Both the position numbers and the translations under genes were made by a program. The notes below the pieces were generated by a model. It was given only the letters and a program-made list of their open reading frames with translations, did no database searches and was not told the DNA's origin. 64,000 nt of DNA from the human T2T-CHM13v2.0 reference genome, Homo sapiens, in NCBI RefSeq assembly GCF_009914755.1, contig NC_060939.1. One strand, given 5' to 3'. Positions 44,401 through 59,900 of the stretch are shown here, in pieces; the first letter of the stretch is position 1; each line of letters starts with the position of its first letter.

Positions 44401-47400
44401 CATTGTTTTTGAGTCCATTCTATATGATTCCATTCCATTCAAGTCCATTACATTTGGTTAAATTCCATTCCATTCGGTTCAATTCCATTCCATTCCATTC
44501 CCTTCCATTCCATTCCAGTTGATATCAATCCATTCGATTCCATTCCATTCGAGCACATTCCATTCGAGTCCATTCCATTCGATGCCATTCCATTTGATTC
44601 TATTCCATTAGTCTCCATTCAATTCCATTAATCTCCATTCCATTCCATTCTACTCCAACTGATTCCATTCCATTCTATTCCTTTTTATTCCATTTCATTC
44701 CATTCCATTCCATTCCATTCGTGTCCATTCCACTCCAGTCCATTCCATTCGTATCCATTCCATTCCAGTCCATTCCATTTGTGTCCACTGCATTCCATTC
44801 CACTCCATTCCATATTATTTCATTACACTCCATTCCATTCTATTACTTTCATTTCCATTCAATTCCATTCCATTTGATTCCATTCCACTCGGTTTCATTC
44901 CATTTGAGTCCACTCCATTCCATTCCATTCCATTCAGTTCCATTCCATTCCATTCCGTTCCATTACATTCCATTCCATTCGGTACCATTCCATATTGTTC
45001 CATTCGATTCCATTCGAATCCATTCCATTCCAGTCCATTCCATTCGATTCCATTCCATTCATTTCAATTCCATTCCATTCCATTCCATTACATTCCACTT
45101 GATTCCTCTCCATTCCCTTCCACTGCATTCCGTTCGATTCCATTCCATTGCATTGCATTCCATTCCATTGGATTGCATTCCATTCGATTCCATTCCATTC
45201 GAATCAATTACATAGCAATCCATTACATTCGAGTCTATTCTCTTCCGTTCCATTCGATTTCGTTCCAATCCATTCGATTCCATTCCATTCGATTCCATTC
45301 CATACTATTGCATTCCATTCGATTACATTATATTCGAATAAGTTCCATTCAAGACCATTTCTTTTGAGTCCATTCTATTTGAGTCCATTCCCTTTGATTC
45401 CATAACATTTGAGTCCATTCAATTCCATTCCTTTCGTTTCCATTCCATTTGATGCCATTCCATTCAATTCTGTTCTACTCGACTCCAATACACTCAATTC
45501 CATTCCATCCGATTCCATTACATTCTTTTCATTTCTTATCCATTTCAAGCCATTCCACTCCATTCCATTCCACTCGTTTCCTTTCCATTCGAGTCCATTC
45601 CTCTTAAAGTCCATTCCGTTCAATCCATTCCATTCCAGTCCATTCCATTCGAGTCCGTTCCATTCCAGTCCATTCCATTCGAGTCAATTCCATTCCATTC
45701 GATGTCTTTCCATAACGATCCATTCCATTCTATTCCTTTCGATTCCATTCCATTCTATTTCATTCCATTCGATTCCCTTCCATTGGACTCCTTTCCATTC
45801 GAGTGCATTCCATTCCGTTCCATTTCTTTCCGTTCTGTACGATTCCTACCGTTCGATTTCATTTTGTTCCAGTCCATTCCTTTCGCGTCCATTCCATTCC
45901 ATTTCACTCCATTCGATTCCATTCCACTCGATTCCACTTCGTTCCATTTCATTGCATTCCATTCTATTCAACTCTATTGCCTTCCATTCCATTCCATTCG
46001 ATTACATTCCATGCGATTCCATTCGAAATCGAATCAATTACATTGCAAACCATTACTATTGAGTCCGTTTTATTCCAGTCCACTGCATTCTGGTCCATTC
46101 CATTTGATTCCATTCCATTCTATTCCATTCCATACAGTTGCATTCCATTGGATTCCATGCTATATCTATAAATTCAATTCGAGACCATTGCTTTTGAGTC
46201 CATTCTATATGATTCCATTCCATTCAAGTCCATTACATTTGGTTCAATTCCATTCCATTCGGTTCAATTCCATTCCATTCCATTCCCTTCCTTTCCATTC
46301 CAGTTGATATCAATCCATTCGATTCCATTCCATTCGAGCACATTCCATTCGAGTCCATTCCATTCGATGCCATTCCATTTGATTCTATTCCATTAGTCTC
46401 CATTCAATTCCATTAATCTCCATTCCATTCCATTCTACTCCAACTGATTCCATTCCATTCTATTCCTTTCCATTCCATTTCATTCCATTCCATTCTATTC
46501 CATTCCATTCCATTCCATTCGTGTCCATTCCACTCCAGTCCATTCCATTCGTATCCATTCCATTCCAGTCCATTCCATTTGTGTCCACTGCATTCCATTC
46601 CACTCCATTCCATATTATTCCATTACACTCCATTCCATTCTATTACTTTCATTTCCATTCAATTCCATTCCATTTGATTCCATTCCACTCGGTTTCATTC
46701 CATTTGAGTCCACTCCATTCCATTCCATTCCATTCAGTTCCATTCGATTCTGTTCCATTCCATTCCGTTCCGTTACATTCCATTCCATTCGGTACCATTC
46801 CATATTGTTCCATTCGATTCCATTCGAATCCATTCCATTCCAGTCCATTCCATTCGATTCCATTCCATTCATTTCAATTCCATTCCATTCCATTCCATTA
46901 CATTCCACTTGATTCCTCTCCATTCCCTTCCACTGCATTCCGTTCGATTCCATTCCATTGCATTGCATTCCATTCCATTGGATTGCATTCCATTCGATTC
47001 CATTCCATTCGAATCAATTACATAGCAATCCATTACATTCGAGTCTATTCTCTTCCGTTCCATTCGATTTCGTTCCAATCCATTCGATTCCATTCCATTC
47101 GATTCCATTCCATACTATTGCATTCCATTCGATTACATTATATTCGAATAAGTTCCATTCAAGACCATTTCTTTTGAGTCCATTCTATTTGAGTCCATTC
47201 CCTTTGATTCCATAACATTTGAGTCCATTCAATTCCATTCCTTTCGTTTCCATTCCATTTGATGCCATTCCATTCAATTCTGTTCTACTCGACTCCAATA
47301 CATTCAATTCCATTCCATCCGATTCCATTACATTCTTTTCATTTCTTATCCATTTCAAGCCATTCCACTCCATTCCATTCCACTCGTTTCCTTTCCATTC

Positions 47401-48603
47401 GAGTCCATTCCTCTCCAGTCCATTCCGTTCAATCCATTCCATTCCAGTCCATTCCATTCGAGTCCGTTCCATTCCAGTCCATTCCATTCGAGTCAATTCC
47501 ATCCCATTCGATGTCTTTCCATAACGATCCATTCCATTCTATTCCTTTCGATTCCATTCCATTCTATTTCATTCCATTCGATTCCCTTCCATTGGACTCC
47601 TTTCCATTCGAGTGCATTCCATTCCGTTCCATTTCTTTCCGTTCTGTACGATTCCTACCGTTCGATTTCATTTTCTTCCAGTCCATTCTTTCGCGTCCAT
47701 TCCATTCCATTTCACTCCATTCGATTCCATTCCACTCGATTCCACTTCGTTCCATTTCATTGCATTCCATTCTATTCAACTCTATTGCCTTCCATTCCAT
47801 TCCATTCGATTACATTCCATGCGATTCCATTCGAAATCGAATCAATTACATTGCAATCCATTACTATTGAGTCCGTTTTATTCCAGTCCACTGCATTCTG
47901 GTCCATTCCATTTGATTCCATTCCATTCTATTCCATTCCATACAGTTGCATTCCATTGGATTCCATGCTATATCTATAAATTCAATTCGAGACCATTGCT
48001 TTTGAGTCCATTCTATATGATTCCATTCCATTCAAGTCCATTACATTTGGTTCAATTCCATTCCATTCGGTTCAATTCCATTCCATTCCATTCCCTTCCA
48101 TTCCATTCCAGTTGATATCAATCCATTCGATTCCATTCCATTCGAGCACATTCCATTCGAGTCCATTCCATTCGATGCCATTCCATTTGATTCTATTCCA
48201 TTAGTCTCCATTCAATTCCATTAATCTCCATTCCATTCCATTCTACTCCAACTGATTCCATTCCATTCTATTCCTTTCCATTCCATTTCATTCCATTCCA
48301 TTCCATTTCATTCCATTCCATTCCATTCGTGTCCATTCCACTCCAGTCCATTCCATTCGTGTCCATTCCATTCCAGTCCATTCCATTTGTGTCCACTGCA
48401 TTCCATTCCACTCCATTCCATATTATTCCATTACACTCCATTCCATTCTATTACTTTCATTTCCATTCAATTCCATTCCATTTGATTCCATTCCACTCGG
48501 TTTCATTCCATTTGAGTCCACTCCATTCCATTCCATTCCATTCCATTCAGTTCCATTCCATTCTGTTCCATTCCATTCCGTTCCATTACATTCCATTCCA
48601 TTC
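32416..48603 (+). repeat. ~16.2-kb 9-unit block, copy 2 of an imperfect tandem duplication
   Basis: Matching variants at ~33800, 34084, 34603, 34984, 37731, 38365, 41620, 44351, 45490, 45602 and 46745. The offset is exactly 16169 across the last four units. Boundaries are approximate. Confidence 0.78.
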
Positions 48604-51600
48604 GGTACCATTCCCTATTGTTCCATTCGATTCCATTCGAATCCATTCCATTCCAGTCCATTCCATTCGATTCCATTCCATTCATTTCAATTCCATTCCA
48701 TTCCATTCCATTACATTCCACTTGATTCCTCTCCATTCCCTTCCACTGCATTCCGTTCGATTCCATTCCATTGCATTGCATTCCATTCCATTGGATTGCA
48801 TTCCATTCGATTCCATTCCATTCGAATCAATTACATAGCAATCCATTACATTCGAGTCTATTCTCTTCCGTTCCATTCGATTTCGTTCCAATCCATTCGA
48901 TTCCATTCCATTCGATTCCATTCCATACTATTGCATTCCATTCGATTACATTATATTCGAATAAGTTCCATTCAAGACCATTTCTTTTGAGTCCATTCTA
49001 TTTGAGTCCATTCCCTTTGATTCCATAACATTTGAGTCCATTCAATTCCATTCCTTTCGTTTCCATTCCATTTGATGCCATTCCATTCAATTCTGTTCTA
49101 CTCGACTCCAATACATTCAATTCCATTCCATCCGATTCCATTACATTCTTTTCATTTCTTATCCATTTCAAGCCATTCCACTCCATTCCATTCCACTCGT
49201 TTCCTTTCCATTCGAGTCCATTCCTCTCCAGTCCATTCCGTTCAATCCATTCCATTCCAGTCCATTCCATTCGAGTCCGTTCCATTCCAGTCCATTCCAT
49301 TCGAGTCAATTCCATTCCATTCGATGTCTTTCCATAACGATCCATTCCATTCTATTCCTTTCGATTCCATTCCATTCTATTTCATTCCATTCGATTCCCT
49401 TCCATTGGACTCCTTTCCATTCGAGTGCATTCCATTCCGTTCCATTTCTTTCCGTTCTGTACGATTCCTACCGTTCGATTTCATTTTGTTCCAGTCCATT
49501 CCTTTCGCGTCCATTCCATTCCATTTCACTCCATTCGATTCCATTCCACTCGATTCCACTTCGTTCCATTTCATTGCATTCCATTCTATTCAACTCTATT
49601 GCCTTCCATTCCATTCCATTCGATTACATTCCATGCGATTCCATTCGAAATCGAATCAATTACATTGCAATCCATTACTATTGAGTCCGTTTTATTCCAG
49701 TCCACTGCATTCTGGTCCATTCCATTTGATTCCATTCCATTCTATTCCATTCCATACAGTTGCATTCCATTGGATTCCATGCTATATCTATAAATTCAAT
49801 TCGAGACCATTGCTTTTGAGTCCATTCTATATGATTCCATTCCATTCAAGTCCATTACATTTGGTTCAATTCCATTCCATTCGGTTCAATTCCATTCCAT
49901 TCCATTCCCTTCCATTCCATTCCAGTTGATATCAATCCATTCGATTCCATTCCATTCGAGCACATTCCATTCGAGTCCATTCCATTCGATGCCATTCCAT
50001 TTGATTCTATTCCATTAGTCTCCATTCAATTCCATTAATCTCCATTCCATTCCATTCTACTCCAACTGATTCCATTCCATTCTATTCCTTTCCATTCCAT
50101 TTCATTCCATTCCATTCCATTCCATTCCATTCCATTCCATTCGTGTCCATTCCACTCCAGTCCATTCCATTCGTATCCATTCCATTCCAGTCCATTCCAT
50201 TTGTGTCCACTGCATTCCATTCCACTCCATTCCATATTATTCCATTACACTCCATTCCATTCTATTACTTTCATTTCCATTCAATTCCATTCCATTTGAT
50301 TCCATTCCACTCGGTTTCATTCCATTTGAGTCCACTCCATTCCATTCCATTCCATTCAGTTCCATTCGATTCTGTTCCATTCCATTCCGTTCCGTTACAT
50401 TCCATTCCATTCGGTACCATTCCATATTGTTCCATTCGATTCCATTCGAATCCATTCCATTCCAGTCCATTCCATTCGATTCCATTCCATTCATTTCAAT
50501 TCCATTCCATTCCATTCCATTACATTCCACTTGATTCCTCTCCATTCCCTTTCACTGCATTCCGTTCGATTCCATTCCATTGCATTGCATTCCATTCCAT
50601 TGGATTGCATTCCATTCGATTCCATTCCATTCGAATCAATTACATAGCAATCCATTACATTCGAGTCTATTCTCTTCCGTTCCATTCGATTTCGTTCCAA
50701 TCCATTCGATTCCATTCCATTCGATTCCATTCCATACTATTGCATTCCATTCGATTACATTATATTCGAATAAGTTCCATTCAAGACCATTTCTTTTGAG
50801 TCCGTTCTATTTGAGTCCATTCCCTTTGATTCCATAACATTTGAGTCCATTCAATTCCATTCCTTTCGTTTCCATTCCATTTGATGCCATTCCATTCAAT
50901 TCTGTTCTACTCGACTCCAATACATTCAATTCCATTCCGTCCGATTCCATTACATTCTTTTCATTTCTTATCCATTTCAAGCCATTCCACTCCATTCCAT
51001 TCCACTCGTTTCCTTTCCATTCGAGTCCATTCCTCTCCAGTCCATTCCGTTCAATCCATTCCATTCCAGTCCATTCCATTCGAGTCCGTTCCATTCCAGT
51101 CCATTCCATTCGAGTCAATTCCATTCCATTCGATGTCTTTCCATAACGATCCATTCCATTCTATTCCTTTCGATTCCATTCCATTCTATTTCATTCCATT
51201 CGATTCCCTTCCATTGGACTCCTTTCCATTCGAGTGCATTCCATTCCGTTCCATTTCTTTCCGTTCTGTACGATTCCTACCGTTCGATTTCATTTTGTTC
51301 CAGTCCATTCCTTTCGCGTCCATTCCATTCCATTTCACTCCATTCGATTCCATTCCACTCGATTCCACTTCGTTCCATTTCATTGCATTCCATTCTATTC
51401 AACTCTATTGCCTTCCATTCCATTCCATTCGATTACATTCCATGCGATTCCATTCGAAATCGAATCAATTACATTGCAATCCATTACTATTGAGTCCGTT
51501 TTATTCCAGTCCACTGCATTCTGGTCCATTCCATTTGATTCCATTCCATTCTATTCCATTCCATACAGTTGCATTCCATTGGATTCCATGCTATATCTAT

Positions 51601-53999
51601 AAATTCAATTCGAGACCATTGCTTTTGAGTCCATTCTATATGATTCCATTCCATTCAAGTCCATTACATTTGGTTAAATTCCATTCCATTCGGTTCAATT
51701 CCATTCCATTCCATTCCCTTCCATTCCATTCCAGTTGATATCAATCCATTTGATTCCATTCCATTCGAGCACATTCCATTCGAGTCCATTCCATTCGATG
51801 CCATTCCATTTGATTCTATTCCATTAGTCTCCATTCAATTCCATTAATCTCCATTCCATTCCATTCTACTCCAACTGATTCCATTCCATTCTATTCCTTT
51901 CCATTCCATTTCATTCCATTCCATTCCATTCCATTCCATTCCATTCGTGTCCATTCCACTCCAGTCCATTCCATTCGTATCCATTCCATTCCAGTCCATT
52001 CCATTTGTGTCCACTGCATTCCATTCCACTCCATTCCATATTATTCCATTACACTCCATTCCATTCTATTACTTTCATTTCCATTCAATTCCATTCCATT
52101 TGATTCCATTCCACTCGGTTTCATTCCATTTGAGTCCACTCCATTCCATTCCATTCCATTCAGTTCCATTCCATTCTGTTCCATTCCATTCCGTTCCGTT
52201 ACATTCCATTCCATTCGGTACCATTCCATATTGTTCCATTCGATTCCATTCGAATCCATTCCATTCCAGTCCATTCCATTCGATTCCATTCCATTCATTT
52301 CAATTCCATTCCATTCCATTCCATTACATTCCACTTGATTCCTCTCCATTCCCTTCCACTGTATTCCGTTCGATTCCATTCCATTGCATTGCATTCCATT
52401 CCATTGGATTGCATTCCATTCGATTCCATTCCATTCGAATCAATTACATAGCAATCCATTACATTCGAGTCTATTCTCTTCCGTTCCATTCGATTTCGTT
52501 CCAATCCATTCGATTCCATTCCATTCGATTCCATTCCATACTATTGCATTCCATTCGATTACATTGTATTCGAATAAGTTCCATTCAAGACCATTTCTTT
52601 TGAGTCCATTCTATTTGAGTCCATTCCCTTTGATTCCATAACATTTGAGTCCATTCAATTCCATTCCTTTCGTTTCCATTCCATTTGATGCCATTCCATT
52701 CAATTCTGTTCTACTCGACTCCAATACATTCAATTCCATTCCATCCGATTCCATTACATTCTTTTCATTTCTTATCCATTTCAAGCCATTCCACTCCATT
52801 CCATTCCACTCGTTTCCTTTCCATTCGAGTCCATTCCTCTCCAGTCCATTCCGTTCAATCCATTCCATTCCAGTCCATTCCATTCGAGTCCGTTCCATTC
52901 CAGTCCATTCCATTCGAGTCAATTCCATTCCATTCGATGTCTTTCCATAACGATCCATTCCATTCTATTCCTTTCGATTCCATTCCATTCTATTTCATTT
53001 CATTCGATTCCCTTCCATTGGACTCCTTTCCATTCGAGTGCATTCCATTCCATTCCATTTCTTTCCGTTCTGTACGATTCCTACCGTTCGATTTCATTTT
53101 GTTCCAGTCCATTCTTTCGCGTCCATTCCATTCCATTTCACTCCATTCGATTCCATTCCACTCGATTCCACTTCGTTCCATTTCATTGCATTCCATTCTA
53201 TTCAACTCTATTGCCTTCCATTCCATTCCATTCGATTACATTCCATGCGATTCCATTCGAAATCGAATCAATTACATTGCAATCCATTACTATTGAGTCC
53301 GTTTTATTCCAGTCCACTGCATTCTGGTCCATTCCATTTGATTCCATTCCATTCTATTCCATTCCATACAGTTGCATTCCATTGGATTCCATGCTATATC
53401 TATAAATTCAATTCGAGACCATTGCTTTTGAGTCCATTCTATATGATTCCATTCCATTCAAGTCCATTACATTTGGTTAAATTCCATTCCATTCGGTTCA
53501 ATTCCATTCCATTCCATTCCCTTCCATTCCATTCCAGTTGATATCAATCCATTCGATTCCATTCCATTCGAGCACATTCCATTCGAGTCCATTCCATTCG
53601 ATGCCATTCCATTTGATTCTATTCCATTAGTCTCCATTCAATTCCATTAATCTCCATTCCATTCCATTCTACTCCAACTGATTCCATTCCATTGTATTCC
53701 TTTTTATTCCATTTCATTCCATTCCATTCCATTCCATTCGTGTCCATTCCACTCCAGTCCATTCCATTCGTATCCATTCCATTCCAGTCCATTCCATTTG
53801 TGTCCACTGCATTCCATTCCACTCCATTCCATATTATTCCATTACACTCCATTCCATTCTATTACTTTCATTTCCATTCAATTCCATTCCATTTGATTCC
53901 ATTCCACTCGGTTTCATTCCATTTGAGTCCACTCCATTCCATTCCATTCCATTCCATTCAGTTCCATTCCATTCCGTTCCATTACATTCCATTCCATTC

Positions 54000-56900
54000 G
54001 GTACCATTCCATATTGTTCCATTCGATTCCATTCGAATCCATTCCATTCCAGTCCATTCCATTCGATTCCATTCCATTCATTTCAATTCCATTCCATTCC
54101 ATTCCATTACATTCCACTTGATTCCTCTCCATTCCCTTCCACTGCATTCCGTTCGATTCCATTCCATTGCATTGCATTCCATTCCATTGGATTGCATTCC
54201 ATTCGATTCCATTCCATTCGAATCAATTACATAGCAATCCATTACATTCGAGTCTATTCTATTCCGTTCCATTCGATTTCGTTCCAATCCATTCGAGTCC
54301 ATTCCATTCGATTCCATTCCATACTATTGCATTCCATTCGATTACATTATATTCGAATAAGTTCCATTCAAGACCATTTCTTTTGAGTCCATTCTATTTG
54401 AGTCCATTCCCTTTGATTCCATAACATTTGAGTCCATTCAATTCCATTCCTTTCGTTTCCATTCCATTTGATGCCATTCCATTCAATTCTGTTCTACTCG
54501 ACTCCAATACATTCAATTCCATTCCATCCGATTCCATTACATTCTTTTCATTTCTTATCCATTTCAAGCCATTCCACTCCATTCCATTCCACTCGTTTCC
54601 TTTCCATTCGAGTCCATTCCTCTCCAGTCCATTCCATTCAATCCATTCCATTCCAGTCCATTCCATTCGAGTCCGTTCCATTCCAGTCCATTCCATTCGA
54701 GTCAATTCCATTCCATTCGATGTCTTTCCATAACGATCCATTCCATTCTATTCCTTTCGATTCCATTCCATTCTATTTCATTCCATTCGATTCCCTTCCA
54801 TTGGACTCCTTTCCATTCGAGTGCATTCCATTCCGTTCCATTTCTTTCCGTTCTGTACGATTCCTACCGTTCGATTTCATTTTGTTCCAGTCCATTCTTT
54901 CGCGTCCATTCCATTCCATTTCACTCCATTCGATTCCATTCCACTCGATTCCACTTCGTTCCATTTCATTGCATTCCATTCTATTCAACTCTATTGCCTT
55001 CCATTCCATACCATTCGATTACATTCAATGCGATTCCATTCGAAATCGAATCAATTACATTGCAATCCATTACTATTGAGTCCGTTTTATTCCAGTCCAC
55101 TGCTTTCTGGTCCATTCCATTTGATTCCATTCCATTCTATTCCATTCCATACAGTTGCATTCCATTGGATTCCATGCTATATCTATAAATTCAATTCGAG
55201 ACCATTGCTTTTGAGTCCATTCTATATGATTCCATTCCATTCAAGTCCATTACATTTGGATAAATTCCATTCCATTCGGTTCAATTCCATTCCATTCCAT
55301 TCCCTTCCATTCCATTCCAGTTGATATCAATCCATTCGATTCCATTCCATTCGAGCACATTCCATTCGAGTCCATTCCATTCGATGCCATTCCATTTGAT
55401 TCTATTCCATTAGTCTCCATTCAATTCCATTAATCTCCATTCCATTCCATTCTACTCCAACTGATTCCATTCCATTCTATTCCTTTCCATTCCATTTCAT
55501 TCCATTCCATTCCATTCCATTCCATTCCATTCCATTCCATTCGTGTCCATTCCACTCCAGTCCATTCCATTCGTATCCATTCCATTCCAGTTCATTCCAT
55601 TTTTGTCCACTGCATTCCATTCCACTCCATTCCATATTATTCCATTACACTCCATTCCATTCTATTACATTCATTTCCATTCAATTCCATTCCATTTGAT
55701 TCCATTCCACTCGGTTTCATTCCATTTGAGTCCACTCCATTCCATTCCATTCCATTCAGTTCCATTCCATTCTGTTCCATTCCATTCCGTTCCATTACAT
55801 TCCATTCCATTCGGTACCATTCCATATTGTTCCATTCGATTCCATTCGAATCCATTCCATTCCAGTCCATTCCATTCGATTCCATTCCATTCATTTCAAT
55901 TCCATTCCATTCCATTCCATTACATTCCACTTGATTCCTCTCCATTCCCTTCCACTGCATTCCGTTCGATTCCATTCCATTGCATTGCATTCCATTCCAT
56001 TGGATTGCATTCCATTCGATTCCATTCCATTCGAATCAATTACATAGCAATCCATTACATTCGAGTCTATTCTCTTCCGTTCCATTCGATTTCGTTCCAA
56101 TCCATTCGATTCCATTCCATTCGATTCCATTCCATACTATTGCATTCCATTCGATTACATTATATTCGAATAAGTTCCATTCAAGACCATTTCTTTTGAG
56201 TCCATTCTATTTGAGTCCATTCCCTTTGATTCCATAACATTTGAGTCCATTCAATTCCATTCCTTTCGTTTCCATTCCATTTGATGCCATTCCATTCAAT
56301 TCTGTTCTACTCGACTCCAATACATTCAATTCCATTCCATCCGATTCCATTACATTCTTTTCATTTCTTATCCATTTCAAGCCATTCCACTCCATTCCAT
56401 TCCACTCGTTTCCTTTCCATTCGAGTCCATTCCTCTCCAGTCCATTCCGTTCAATCCATTCCATTCCAGTGCATTCCATTCGAGTCCGTTCCATTCCAGT
56501 CCATTCCATTCGAGTCAATTCCATTCCATTCGATGTCTTTCCATAACGATCCATTCCATTCTATTCCTTTCGATTCCATTCCATTCTATTTCATTCCATT
56601 CGATTCCCTTCCATTGGACTCCTTTCCATTCGAGTGCATTCCATTCCGTTCCATTTCTTTCCGTTCTGTACGATTCCTACCGTTCGATTTCATTTTGTTC
56701 CAGTCCATTCTTTCGCGTCCATTCCATTCCATTTCACTCCATTCGATTCCATTCCACTCGATTCCACTTCGTTCCATTTCATTGCATTCCATTCTATTCA
56801 ACTCTATTGCCTTCCATTCCATTCCATTCGATTACATTCCATGCGATTCCATTCGAAATTGAATCAATTACATTGCAATCCATTACTATTGAGTCCGTTT

Positions 56901-59900
56901 TATTCCAGTCCACTGCATTCTGGTCCATTCCATTTGATTCCATTCCATTCTATTCCATTCCATACAGTTGCATTCCATTGGATTCCATGCTATATCTATA
57001 AATTCAATTCGAGACCATTGCTTTTGAGTCCATTCTATATGATTCCATTCCATTCAAGTCCATTACATTTGGTTAAATTCCTTTCCATTCGGTTCAATTC
57101 CATTCCATTCCATTCCCTTCCATTCCATTCCAGTTGATATCAATCCATTCGATTCCATTCCATTCGAGCACATTCCATTCGAGTCCATTCCATTCGATGC
57201 CATTCCATTTGATTCTATTCCATTAGTCTCCATTCAATTCCATTAATCTCCATTCCATTCCATTCTACTCCAACTGATTCCATTCCATTCTATTCCTTTC
57301 CATTCCATTTCATTCCATTCCATTCCATTCCATTCCATTCCATTCCATTCGTGTCCATTCCACTCCAGTCCATTCCATTCGTATCCATTCCATTCCAGTC
57401 CATTCCATTTGTGTCCACTGCATTCCATTCCACTCCATTCCATATTATTCCATTACACTCCATTCCATTCTATTACTTTCATTTCCATTCAATTCCATTC
57501 CATTTGATTCCATTCCACTCGGTTTCATTCCATTTGAGTCCACTCCATTCCATTCCATTCCATTCAGTTCCATTCCATTCTGTTCCATTCCATTCCGTTC
57601 CATTACATTCCATTCCATTCGGTACCATTCCATATTGTTCCATTCGATTCCATTCGAATCCATTCCATTCCAGTCCATTCCATTCGATTCCATTCCATTC
57701 ATTTCAATTCCATTCCATTCCATTCCATTCCATTCCACTTGATTCCTCTCCATTCCCTTCCACTGCATTCCGTTCGATTCCATTCCATTGCATTGCATTC
57801 CATTCCATTGGATTGCATTCCATTCGATTCCATTCCATTCGAATCAATTACATAGCAATCCATTACATTCGAGTCTATTCTCTTCCGTTCCATTCGATTT
57901 CGTTCCAATCCATTCGATTCCATTCCATTCGATTCCATTCCATACTATTGCATTCCATTCGATTACATTATATTCGAATAAGTTCCATTCAAGACCATTT
58001 CTTTTGAGTCCATTCTATTTGAGTCCATTCCCTTTGATTCCATAACATTTGAGTCCATTCAATTCCATTCCTTTCGTTTCCATTCCATTTGATGCCATTC
58101 CATTCAATTCTGTTTTACTCGACTCCAATACATTCAATTCCATTCCATCCGATTCCATTACATTCTTTTCATTTCTTATCCATTTCAAGCCATTCCACTC
58201 CATTCCATTCCACTCGTTTCCTTTCCATTCGAGTCCATTCCTCTCCAGTCCATTCCGTTCAATCCATTCCATTCCAGTCCATTCCATTCGAGTCCGTTCC
58301 ATTCCAGTCCATTCCATTCGAGTCAATTCCATTCCATTCGATGTCTTTCCATAACGATCCATTCCATTCTATTCCTTTCGATTCCATTCCATTCTATTTC
58401 ATTCCATTCGATTCCCTTCCATTGGACTCCTTTCCATTCAAGTGCATTCCATTCCGTTCCATTTCTTTCCGTTCTGTACGATTCCTACCGTTCGATTTCA
58501 TTTTGTTCCAGTCCATTCCTTTCGCGTCCATTCCATTCCATTTCACTCCATTCGATTCCATTCCACTCGATTCCACTTCGTTCCATTTCATTGCATTCCA
58601 TTCTATTCAACTCTATTGCCTTCCATTCCATTCCATTCGATTACATTCCATGCGATTCCATTCGAAATCGAATCAATTACATTGCAATCCATTACTATTG
58701 AGTCCGTTTTATTCCAGTCCACTGCATTCTGGTCCATTCCATTTGATTCCATTCCATTCTATTCCATTCCATACAGTTGCATTCCATTGGATTCCATGTT
58801 ATATCTATAAATTCAATTCGAGACCATTGCTTTTGAGTCCATTCTATATGATTCCATTCCATTCAAGTCCATTACATTTGGTTAAATTCCATTCCATTCG
58901 GTTCAATTCCATTCCATTCCATTCCCTTCCATTCCATTCCAGTTGATATCAATCCATTCGATTCCATTCCATTCGAGCACATTCCATTCGAGTCCATTCC
59001 ATTCGATGCCATTCCATTTGATTCTATTCCATTAGTCTCCATTCAATTCCATTAATCTCCATTCCATTCCATTCTACTCCAACTGATTCCATTCCATTCT
59101 ATTCCTTTTTATTCCATTTCATTCCATTCCATTCCATTCCATTCCATTCCATTCCATTCGTGTCCATTCCACTCCAGTCCATTCCATTCGTATCCATTCC
59201 ATTCCAGTCCATTCCATTTGTGTCCACTGCATTCCATTCCACTCCATTCCATATTATTCCATTACACTCCATTCCATTCTATTACTTTCATTTCCATTCA
59301 ATTCCATTCCATTTGATTCCATTCCACTCGGTTTCATTCCATTTGAGTCCACTCCATTCCATTCCATTCCATTCAGTTCCATTCCATTCTGTTCCATTCC
59401 ATTCCGTTCCATTACATTCCATTCCATTCGGTACCATTCCATATTGTTCCATTCGATTCCATTCGAATCCATTCCATTCCAGTCCATTCCATTCGATTCC
59501 ATTCCATTCATTTCAATTCCATTCCATTCCATTCCATTACATTCCACTTGATTCCTCTCCATTCCCTTCCACTGCATTCCGTTCGATTCCATTCCATTGC
59601 ATTGCATTCCATTCCATTGGATTGCATTCCATTCGATTCCATTCCATTCGAATCAATTACATAGCAATCCATTACATTCGAGTCTATTCTCTTCCGTTCC
59701 ATTCGATTTCGTTCCAATCCATTCGATTCCATTCCATTCGATTCCATTCCATACTATTGCATTCCATTCGATTACATTATATTCGAATAAGTTCCATTCA
59801 AGACCATTTCTTTTGAGTCCATTCTATTTGAGTCCATTCCCTTTGATTCCATAACATTTGAGTCCATTCAATTCCATTCCTTTCGTTTCCATTCCATTTG

